A model generated the notes under the pieces. The model made no database searches and was not told where the DNA came from. It was given only the letters and a program-made list of their open reading frames with translations. The translations under genes and the position numbers were made by a program. 64,000 bases of DNA from Octopus vulgaris. Taxonomy: Eukaryota. The stretch covers positions 128,092,001 to 128,156,000 of the forward strand of contig OX597818.1 of NCBI GenBank assembly GCA_951406725.2, given 5' to 3'. Below are positions 40,101 to 52,145 of this stretch, piece after piece; positions within the stretch are counted from its first letter, which is position 1, and each line of letters starts with the position of its first letter.

Positions 40101-43100
40101 AATATCTGTATTGGGTCATCCCATAAATAATACGGGTTTTTTTATACTTCTTTTATTTTTCAAAATTAAGATAAACAAAGTTCTTTCTTAATCTGAAATA
40201 TACTCTCCTTCATTTTCTACAATGCTCTTCCATCTATCTGGTAGACTTGCAAGGCTCCTCTTCCAAAATTCACTTGTCCATGATGAAAAGTACTCCTCTA
40301 GTAATATTCTGACTTCATCTACAGAATTCATATTTTTTCCATTCAAATGATTTTGAATACTGCGAAATAAATGATAATCTGATGGGGCAATGTTTGGCGA
40401 ATATGGTGGGTGGGACATTGTTTCCCATTCAAACTACTCTAGCCTTTGGAATGTCATCTTCGCTGTATGTGGCTGAGCATTATCTTGATGGAAGAACATC
40501 TTTTTGTCTTGAAACCAAAAAATGGTTGTTTATCTCCATCATTAGCATCACCACCATCATCATAATCATCATGTTTAAAACTTCTTTTTTTATTTTCAGA
40601 GTATAACAGATTTTGCTCACAGTTCATTCCAGTTTGCTTTGTCAAAAAGTTGGCCCCTATACCTGAGGTATATAAGTTTTATCAATCATTATGGCTTCAG
40701 ACTGTGATGTTTATTTTAGGGTAAAGCTAAAATCTCAACAAGATTTGTGGCTGAAGCTATTTCATATCTCTGAGATTTCTGTAAATAAACTGTGTTTAAA
40801 TTGGCTTAAAAATTTCACTCTTCTCTGAAACTGTCAAATTATGGGCTGTGAATTTCTTTATTAGTTAATTCAGTGTGCTTGCAATTTGTTTTATGCACAT
40901 AAATTCGTTTTATGCATACTCTTTGAACGTTGGGCAATGTCTAGTGAACGAGACCTTTGGTGATATGCCGTGTTTGAACAGACCTCTTAAACCAAATGAA
41001 ATCATAGTCATGGCCAATGCCAGTGTCACATAACTGGCACCCGTACTGGTGGCATGTAAAAGGCACCTTTCAAGCATTGGACCTCACAGAGGCATCGTGG
41101 CTGATGCTAGTTTCATGTAACTAACACCTGTGCTGGTGGCACGTAAAAAGCACCCTTTGAGTGTTGGGCCTCATGGAGGCAATGACAAATGACTGAGACC
41201 TTTACCAATATACTGTGCTTGAGTAGAAGGCCAATCAAGCCAAGTGAAATCATAGTTGTGATAAGTACTAGTGTTATGCAACTGGAACCTGTGCTTGTGG
41301 CACATAAAAGCACCCATTACACTCTCAGAGTGGTTGGCGTTATGAAAGGCATCTAACCATAGAAACCACGTCAACTTAGACTGGAGTCTGGTGTGAACCC
41401 CCCACTCCCCGGCTTACCAGCTCTGGTCAAACCATTCAACCTATGTCAGCATGGACAGTGGACATTAAATGATGATGATGATGATAAATATGCATGAGTT
41501 TTGTTGGTCTTCTTTGACTGATGACCTTGACACAGTTAATGTTTGTTAAAAGCGTCTGCTAAAGAAATTTGACTGAGAAGGATATAGTCCTCTATGTTGT
41601 TACAGTCCTTAGGAAGACTGAGTATGTTTTTAGTATGACAAACCGAGGGGAATAGGGAAGGAGTATAACTAGATAGGCCTAGAGGAAGGTGTTACACAAT
41701 TTTCTATTTCAGAGGAGCAGATATTATTAGGGTAGCAATAAAAAAAAAATCAGTGAGAGGAAACATTGAATCCATGAGCCAGTGCTTGTACTGTGTTGTT
41801 GAGTGAATATTTTGTTAAACTACTGAATAGCCTTCCTCTTGATGTTCCCTAGAATGTGCAGAGTAGATAAGTGAACATTACTTCAATGAAAGTATTCTTT
41901 TAACTTATAGAAAGCTATCAACTAATGAGAGCTGAAGTATTTCCTAGCTTTCAAGAGAAAGCTTACATTTTTGGGAACACAATTTGCAAGATTTTTAATA
42001 GATGACATCAGCACAAAGGATTATTAGAAATTGTAACATCTAGCACTGAGAACATTGTTCATATGCAATGAAAATATGGTAAAAGTCGGTTTTCTTGACA
42101 TGTGTAGGAATCAGTTGAATGTTGTTAAAGGAGAATAGTTTCTCTTGTCATTGTCCCATTTTAGATTTGCTTTTAGCTTTTTTACAATTTTTGTTGTTGT
42201 TTCTTCTTTCTTCTTACAAGTGTCTGTCATATAAACTTTTATTTTATTTTTATTGGCTTCCTTGTTGACAGAAAGCAGTTTTTATGTTCCTGTTTGGTAG
42301 CTATTTGTTTTAATTTTCCTTTGTTCTTTACTAAATAGTCCTACTGTTGATACCCTATAAAAGTTTTCTATTGCATAAGGCCCTGTGTCTCTGTATTTAT
42401 AGTAAATATAATACATGTGTCAGGTTTTGATAAATGTATTGTAAATAAACCATTATTTTATTAGTTTTTCTGTCTGGTCTTGCAATCTCATTCAGAGTCT
42501 ACAGCAATAACAAACATTTTTGAGGTCATTATTTTTACTAACTCTTTAGCATTCAGATTCCTCTGTCAAATGTAATGCTTATGTTAGTTAGTTAGTTAGT
42601 TAGTTAATTTGGCTCAAAAGCAAATAGCAAGGCCATGTAGGGGGACATGGAGTTAAGTACAGGGTGGTGTTCATGTAAAGAGTTCAGGCCACTTGAGGTC
42701 CAGGGAGGCTTTGAACAAAGCGGTCATCGACATCTTCACCATCTCGTCTGGCAGCTTGTTCCACGGATCCGCAACCCGGACGGAGAAAGCTCCTCTCCTT
42801 CGATTGAGATGAAATCGTCGCAGGTAGAGCTTTTCGGAATGACCCTGCAGCCGACGCTCTGGAGCAGGAGTGAAGAACAGCTCTTTTGAGAGGTTACACT
42901 TTCCGCTTATGATGTTGTGGGCGAGAATGAGATCACCACGGCGGCAGTGTTTTTCAAGAGAATAAAGATCGAGCGTCCTCAGCCTTTCTTCGTAGGACAA
43001 ATTTTTGAGACCATGAACCATGTGGGTAGCCAGCTTCTGGACTCTTTCGAGATGCTGTATGTCTTTGAGGACACTTTAATCACGCTGATATGAATTAGTC

Positions 43101-46100
43101 ATGCATTACCTTGTAACTTTGGACTTTTCGATGATGTGATTGTTTATTTTTATAATAATATTGTAGGATAAGTGTGAGAGGCTGGGTCTGGTCAGTTTGA
43201 AGATAAAACTAGTAGATTATTTTGACCAGATATGGCCAGTTTAAATGTTCAAGGGTTAATCTTGCAGACTCTTTGACAATCTTCTCCATTTTGTTTTCTG
43301 TAGTAATTGATTGACTGCTCCCTTCCCTTCAAAATTGCTGGTCTTGTTCTTGAATCAGAAACCCTTATTAATATTTCAGTTGTCTTAGTTAAACTTTGTG
43401 AATATGCAACTGAACACAGCCTTGTTTGCCTTAACCACCTGCAGTTTTTTTCTTTTTCTTTTTTTTTTTCTAGTCTGTTAAAAATACTATATGTTATATG
43501 GGTGCACTGCCTAGTAGTGCTCTTTTCTGAATGTTGTGAATGTGTGTAAGTTCTGATGTTTTGGATAGGTATTTTATGTCATTTGTATATATCTTTTTTC
43601 TTTGGCATATCGCCAATACCTGAGTTTTTGCATTTTATTTATAACACTCTCTTGGTAATAGAGTGTATCTGTATTTCTTTATTAGTTTATTTTAGGGAAC
43701 ATTTCTGAGCTGTAAAATATTTCTAGATAACCTCAGATTATTAATAGCATTTCTTTACAAGTAACTTAAATGATCTTCCTTGTTTTATAGCTGCAATTAG
43801 ATTTTGCATGTTGTAATATGTTGTAGACATGTTATTACCACAATTATTGTCTGCGAAGGGTTACTTATAGTAGTTGATGCAATATATCATCATCATCATC
43901 ATCGTCATCATTGTTTAACATCCACTTTCCATGCTAGCATGGGTTGGACGATTTGACTGAGGGCTGGCGAATCAGATGGCTGCACCAGGCTTCAATCTTG
44001 ATCTGGATGCCCTTCCTAACACCAACCAATCCGAGAGTGTAGTGGGTGCTTTGGGCCAGCAGGCGGTACTGGCAACGACCTCACTCGAATCTTTTACACA
44101 TGCTACCGGCACAGGTGCCAGTAAGGTGATGCTGGTAACAATCACACTTGAATGGTGCCTTTTATGTGCCTCTGGCATGGGGGCCAGATAGCCACTCTAG
44201 CAACGATCATGCTCGGATAGTGCTCTTAACACCCTACTAGCATGGGGCTCGAGTGCCAGTAAGGTGACGCTGGTAACAATCACACTCGAATGGTGCCTTT
44301 TATGTGCCACTGGCATGGAAGCTGGTTAGCTGCTCTGTCAACGATCACACTCATATGGTGAAGCAGTGCATATTGACATTTATCATTCCTAAAAACATTC
44401 AATACCTGTTGCACCTGATTTCATTAAAAACTAGTAAAAGCTAAAATTGCTGAAATTTTTATTATTCCATAGCTGTTTGTCTATTCCTACATTAAATCTG
44501 AATTTTTATTTATAACCTAAAACTATTTTGTAGAAAAGCTGACTATGTTTTCATGTATGTAATTTATTATTTATGATGTTTATATAATGATTTTATACAC
44601 ATATCTACACTTTGTTTAAAAGAAAATCCTTCGTGAATACAAGCTAAGCTGAAGTTTAAAATTCAATTTAATTCACTCCTCTTTTTTTGTTGCTTTAAAT
44701 ATCATCAATAATTTAATTTCAGTACAAAAAATACCATTTTAAAGAAGTATGATGGCAGATTTAAAGATATTTTCCAGGAAATATATGAAAAGTGAGTATT
44801 TTATCTTGTACAATACTTTAATTTTTTTCATTCATTTTGGACTATTTATTCTATATTTTGTGAATGTAAATTTTCTGTTTTTGTTATTGGATTCTTCATT
44901 TATATTTATATGTTGCTGAGATGGCATATCTCCTGGTTCAGTTATTTTGTAATTGAATTGATTCACAACTGAATTCTGATGGTGAAATTTTTAAGCATGA
45001 TGACTTGCTTAACATCTAATGAACTGTTACACACATGTCATCGCATGTAGCTCATAATTAGAAGTAGGACTGGGATTCAGTGTGACTAGCAATTCAGTTG
45101 GTTAAACAACTGGAAACTAATTGTCAGAAATTCTAACTCAGATACACATATTTGACTGCTGAGTTTTATTGGCTGCTATCTCATAACTAGCAGAGAGACC
45201 AGCATTTTATATCCTGTCACCAGTATTCCATTGTTTTGTGACCAAAATATTTCACTTTCACCCCCACCACCCCTGTTGCATATAACTATTATAGATTAAG
45301 AGCTGAATAACATTCAAAACGTGGAGGCACGTGGCTTAGTGGTTAGGGTGTTGAACTCATGATCGTAAAGTTGTGGTTTCGATTCCTGGACTGGGCAATG
45401 CATTGTATTCTTGAGCAAAACACTTCATTTCACGTTGCTCCGGTCCACTCAGCTGGCAAAAATGAGTAATCCTGTGATGGACCGGCATCCCGTCCACGTG
45501 GGGAATTTCTACACCACTGAAACCAGGAAACTGGCCCTTATGAGCCTGGCATGGCTTGAGAAGGAAGATTTATTATTTTTTTTTTTAGCATTCAAAACAA
45601 TAACCAGACTGAAGAATTGATTGTGTATTTCATAATCTTATTGTATGAAGTTCAAAAACACCCACAGAAAGGAAAAAAGTTACTTGTGATTGATTAGCCA
45701 CACATACATGTGAAAACTAGTTCTAGCAGACTGTGTGGAAGAAACCTTCACAGTTGAACATAGTAGAAGGCAACTGCAGCAACAAATTGTAGAGTACAGC
45801 ATGCAAGATGAGACAAGTAAGCTGTGTTATCCACTGCACCCGTCTCTATTCCCAGTCATCTTGACCTGGTCACTGGATTGAAGATGGTTGTTGACAAAAG
45901 AGTGAGCTTGACAGTGCACAACTCTTCACTGAAAACAAAGTCACCATATAAGTTATCAGTCATCCTTAACCCTTTAGTGTTCACATTATTCTGCCAAAAT
46001 TAATGCTTCTTTATCCACATTGTTTTGAGCTAATCATGCATTATCTTGTAGCTATGAAAATTTGATGAGGTAGCTGTTAATTTTTAAAACGATATTGTAG

Positions 46101-47522
46101 GGCTGGTATGAGAGACCAGATCTGGCCAGTTTGAACATAAAACAGGCAGAATACTTTTGGCCGGATATGGCCAGTTTAAATGCTAAAGGGTTAAAGATGA
46201 CTAGATAGTCCCCATCACTCTAATGAACAAACATATATATAGATCCGAGGCTACGAGAAATATACCTCTTTGTCACTTAATACTAATAAAACTAGAAATA
46301 AATCATAGGTAGGTTTATTTATTATGTAGTCAAGTTTATCTATAATTCTGAATTATTTTTTGCACTCTTTAGAGACTATAAAAGTAAATTTGAAGCCAAA
46401 CAAATGTGGTATGAACATCGTTTAATTGATGATATGGTAGCCTTTGTGTTGAAATCTGAAGGTGGCTTTGTATGGGCTTGTAAAAATTATGATGGTGATG
46501 TACAGTCTGATACTGTGGCACAAGGTATGTTGGTGTTTTTTGTTCTTTTTGATTTTGGTTTGTGATAAATTTTCTCTTTGCTTTTAAAACATTCTTCAGA
46601 TTAAGAAACAATGGTTCTTTTACATTTTTGTTTTCTTTGTATTTTTTGCAGGTTTCGGTTCTCTTGGTTTAATGACAAGCGTTTTGATGTGTCCGGATAA
46701 CAAAACAGTCGAGGCTGAAGCTGCTCACGGTACTGTTACTAGACACTATCGGTTCCATCAGCAGGGCAAAGAAACATCTACTAATTCCATAGGTAAACAG
46801 TCTTCTTGTTCTATTAGACCCCATATCAAAAGTACACAAGTATGGCTTGCTAACATGTATCACGCCTATTGCTTTAGGTGACTTTATAGATGCACTCCCA
46901 AGCCCCTCGTTCTTGACACAAGGAAATACTCAGAGTGTAACAAGTGCAGGGAATGACAGCTACACCAGTATCTTGATTAGTGCTCATTTACAACCAAGCA
47001 ATGTGAAAAGAAGTGTCTTGTTCAAGCACACAACATACCAGCAAACCTAGGAAATGAACCCTCAACCTTACATTCATGGGTTGAACATTCTAACCATTAA
47101 GCCTCATGCCTACACCGCCCATATCACATATTTTCTTACTCCTTTACTCTTTTGCTAGTTCCAACCACTTTCTCTTCTTAGAACTCTAACTTTAAAATTA
47201 AGTGGCACTTTTGAGCTAAGGGGAGTTTGTATATGGCCATTCAGCCTGCTTGAAATACTAGTCAAATCTCCCTCAAATCACTCTTTACTGTTCAGACTAT
47301 ATAAAATCAAGATCCAGGGAGTGATGGATGCTGTATGAATTTATACTATTTTGAAAAGAAGTAAAAAGTGCACATTAAAAACAACTTTTAAAAAAGGAGA
47401 GAAAACCCAATGGAGTTTTTCCTCCTTTTCAAGCCTGTATAAAATCAGCAAGTCTGTAATATAACATTGCTCTATGCATCTTGATCCTGTGTTATTGCAA
47501 CAATGTGCCCTAACATAATCAA

Positions 47523-47564
<42 letters not shown>

Positions 47565-49706
47565 CCAATTATTGGTTGCTAAAGACAAATCTGATTAGAC
47601 AGGCTTGTGTTCACATCATCATATCTGTCAATTGTTTTGCTAGGATTCCAAAAATTCCTACTTGTTTACAAAGTATACTATTCGTCAGATTTTTGCTGAA
47701 ATGGCAAAATGCTAGTTACTATTACTATAAAGTTGCAAGTATGAATCATGGTATAGATCTGCAACATACCTGTAATGTTTTATCCATTTGAATTGTGTGT
47801 TCATATTATCTCTGCCATCTTTCTTGTGCATACTGACACTTATGTTATATTGTATTAATGTTTAACCCTTTTGTTACTGCATTTATTTTGAGATGCTCTG
47901 TGTTTCTTTTAATTACTTTAGATATAACAAAGAATTTATTAAAATAACTTAGTTATCATTAAACTAGTGTTAGGAATATAAATTGTGACTAAGGTTTGGT
48001 GGTATATTCTAATGCAAAACTTATGAAGACAAGACATTTGTACTACAGAGCCAGAGCTGGTTTTGGCCAGGTTGGTAACAAAAGGGTTTATAATGCAGAG
48101 GAAGAAAAGCAGGGGAAGGTACAAGAGAAGAAAGGAGAGGAGAAGAAATCATTGGTTGAAATGATTAATACCTTTCTCTCTCTACCTCTACCCATCTCTC
48201 TCCTCTTCTAGCTCGTTTGCTCCCCCTCTCTCTATCTTTCCCTTGTCTTCTGTCAGTTTTTCCATATGAGGCATAACAGAAGTTAAAAGACATGCAGAAG
48301 AGCTAAATCATGTTATTTGCAATGTGTCTCAAACAAATCTGAAGATCCAATCTTTGATGATGTGACAATGCCAAATGATATCATGAGTAAAACTGAAAAA
48401 ATATAATTGAAAGTCAGTTGCAGCTATGGTGGTAGGAAAGATGATAATGGTGATGAAATAACCCATATATGAAGAATTTACTTCAAAAGTTACAGAAACA
48501 TTTTGCTGCAATTATGAATGTTTGTTTTCCTTTTTTTTTTGTATATTCAAAACACTATTTTTTATTTCATTTTCATTTTTCTTCACAGCTTCTATATTTG
48601 CTTGGACAAGAGGTCTTGCTCATCGGGCCAAACTGGACAACAATGATAAACTGGCAAAGTTTTCAGCATGTCTTGAAAAAGCTTGTATCGATACAGTAGA
48701 GTCTGGTTTTATGACGAAAGATTTAGCAATATGTATCAAAGGAATGAAAGGGTAAATTTGCTTTAACTATCACCTATTTAAATGTATTAAATGTATAGCC
48801 TTTTCAGGTATCTTGCTTTAGAAATCATCATCACCCTCATCAAAAATCACATTTTGCCAGCCATCCTGGTTCTCTGCCATGTCTTTTTTGAGGTTAAAGG
48901 TCCTCAGATCAACCTTCACTATTTCATTTTATCATCCTGGGTCTTCCTCTTCTGTAAGTTCCATCCACATTAACCCTTTCATTACTGTACTCAATTTGAG
49001 ATGCTCTGTGTTTCTTTCAATTATTTTAAATATAACAAAGAATTTAGTAAAATAACTTAGTTATCATTAATCTAGTGTTAGGAACGTAAATTGTGACTAA
49101 GGTTTGGTGGGAGATTTTAATTCAAAACTTATGAAAACAAGACATTTTACCACAGAGCCAGAGCTGGTTTTGGCCGGGTTAGTAACAAAAGGGTTAAGTA
49201 ATTGCCACTTCTTTAAACAGCTGTCCTCATTCATAAGTATCATACATCCATACCTGCACAGTCTTCTTTCTTACACACTACATTTGATCTCTCTTACACC
49301 CAGTTTTCTCTCAATGCATTTATATGTTATTGTTTATACATACTTACATTGCATATCCAAGAGCATGCTAGTTTAATTATGTGTGTGTGTGTGTGTGTCA
49401 CTACTTGACAATTGATCTTTGCTTACATTTTATGACTGAGAAATTCAGCAAAAACGATTCTGATAGAGTGCCAAACTTAAAATTAGAGTTACTAGTATTG
49501 ATTTGATTGAACATAAACATGCATATAATATATATGTGTATATAAGCGCAGGAATGGCTGTGTGGTAAGTAGCTTGCTAACCAACCACATGGTTCCGGGT
49601 TCAGTCCCACTGCGTGGCATCTTGGGCAAGTGTCTTCTGCTATAGCCCTGGGCCGACCAATGCCTTGTGAGTGGATTTGGTAGACGGAAACTGAAAGAAG
49701 CCTGTC

Positions 49707-49762
<56 letters not shown>

Positions 49763-51084
49763 ATGTGTCTGTGTTTGTCCCCCTAGCATTGCTTGACAAC
49801 CGATGCTGGTGTGTTTACGTCCCCGTCACTTAGCGGTTCGGCAAAAGGGACTGATAGAATAAGTACTGGGCTTACAAAGAATAAGTTCCGGGATCGATTT
49901 GCTCGACTAAAGGCGGTGCTCTAGCATGGCCACAGTCAAATGACTGAAACAAGTAAAAGAGTATATGTATGTGTGTGTGTGTATGTGTGTGTCACTTTTA
50001 CTCGTTTCACTCATTGGATTGTGATCATGCTGGGGCACTGTTTTGATGTGTTTAGTTGAATGAATCAACCTCAGTACATATTTTCTAAGTTTGGTTTTTA
50101 TTCTGTTGTGCTCTTTTGCCAAACTACTAAGTTAACTGGACAGAAACAAACCAACACCAGTTACCAAGTAGTTGGAGGGGGCCATGTGCAAACACAAAGA
50201 CACACACACACATGTATATGACAAGCTTCCAAATTCATTCACAAAGTGTTGGTTAGCCTGGTGTTTATAGACAAAGAGACAATCATCCAAAGTGCTGTGC
50301 AATGGGATGAAACCCAAAGCTACATGGTTACAATACAAGCTTCTTAACCACACAGCCATACCTACACCTATATACTCTTTTACTTGTTTCAGTCATTTGA
50401 CTGCAGCCATGCTGGAGCACCGCCTTTAGTCGAACAAATCGACCCCGGGACTTATTCTTTGTAAGCCCAGTACTTATTCTATCGGTCTCTTTTGCCGAAC
50501 CTCTAAGTAACGGGGACGTAAACACACCAGCATCGGTTGTCAAGCAATGCTAGGGGGACGAACACAGACACACAAACATACACACACATACATATATATA
50601 TTTATACATATATACTACAGGCTTCTTTCAGTTTCCGTCTACCAAATCCACTCACAAGGCATTGGTCGGCCCGGGGCTATAGCAGAAGACACTTGCCCAA
50701 GATGCCACACAGTGGGACTGAACCCAGAACCATGTGGTTTGTAGGCAAGCTACTTACCACACAGCCACTCCTGCGCCTGTATATTTTATATTGCATATAT
50801 TGTACATATTGTATATATTATGTATATTGCACAAATATACTTAAGAAACATGCATACATACCTGAGTGGTAAATATCTAATCAATTTCCTTTCAGGGTAA
50901 TGCAACTACAGCTCGCCAGAGGAAGTTCTGCTTTCTGCTGAGAAAATTATTGTAAAGTTTATTTATTGTAAAGTCTGTGTCAGTATTTCCTTTTGTTGTC
51001 AGTCAATATTCTGCACTGTCTATTGTATCGTTTGCATTTACTTTCAAGATCTGTCATGTATATACATTCTTATACATATATATA

Positions 51085-51136
<52 letters not shown>

Positions 51137-51264
51137 TATGTATGTATGTATGTATGTGATGGATGGATGGATGCATGCATGCACCTATGTACATACATAT
51201 GTATGCATGTGAATAAATGGATAGATAGATGGATAGCTAGACTGACAGACACACACACACACAC

Positions 51265-51316
<52 letters not shown>

Positions 51317-51325
51317 GGATAGATG

Positions 51326-51372
<47 letters not shown>

Positions 51373-52113
51373 GGGCAGACAGACAGACAACACAGATAAT
51401 AGGTTGGCAACAAAAACAAATACCAGCATTGACTTTATAGTTGATAAACTTTTCAACAGTTTTCTCAGCAGAAAGCACAACTTCCTGAAGAGATAAATTC
51501 TTTTGACCTATTGTTATAGTACTTGGAAAAAAAAAATGATTTGATATTTATCTCCCAGGTAAACAATAAATGAATAAAATGAAAATAAATAAGATTTTTT
51601 AAATAAATAAATAAATGTATGACACATTCATATATGATTTTATCGTGTCGAGTTTATGTTGATATGAAACTGTTTGTTTATAATTATTTGATTTCTTCCT
51701 GCATGCGTAGCTATATGACTGCGTGTGTACCGTTGGCGATTTTTTTCCTTTGTCTTCCCTTCTCCTATGTTTTCGACGAAGAGCTCCGCTCGAAACGTTA
51801 AACCTGAGCGTCCAATAATACTATATTTGTTCCACGTCCTCGCGTTGTTGTGTTTTTTTTGTGCTTTCTTGTTTGGATTAACTTTATATGGTTAAGAAGC
51901 TTGCTTCCCAGCCATGTGGTCCTTGGTTCAGCCCCACTGAGCAGTATATTTGATGAATGTCTTCTTTCTTGCATATTACATTTGATTCCTCTTATGTGCC
52001 GTTTTCTCTCAATGCATTTATACTTTATTGTTCAGGCATATTTACATTGCATATCCAAGAGCATGCTAGCTTAATTTCTTTCCAGTCTCCTCTAATCCCT
52101 TGTATTCTAGGCC

Positions 52114-52145
<32 letters not shown>

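Noticed and set aside
46780-46792. TNSI instead of vertebrate TNPI in the NADP-binding region
   Set aside because: Ser at this position also occurs in other eukaryotic NADP-IDHs as I recall; not evidence of altered function
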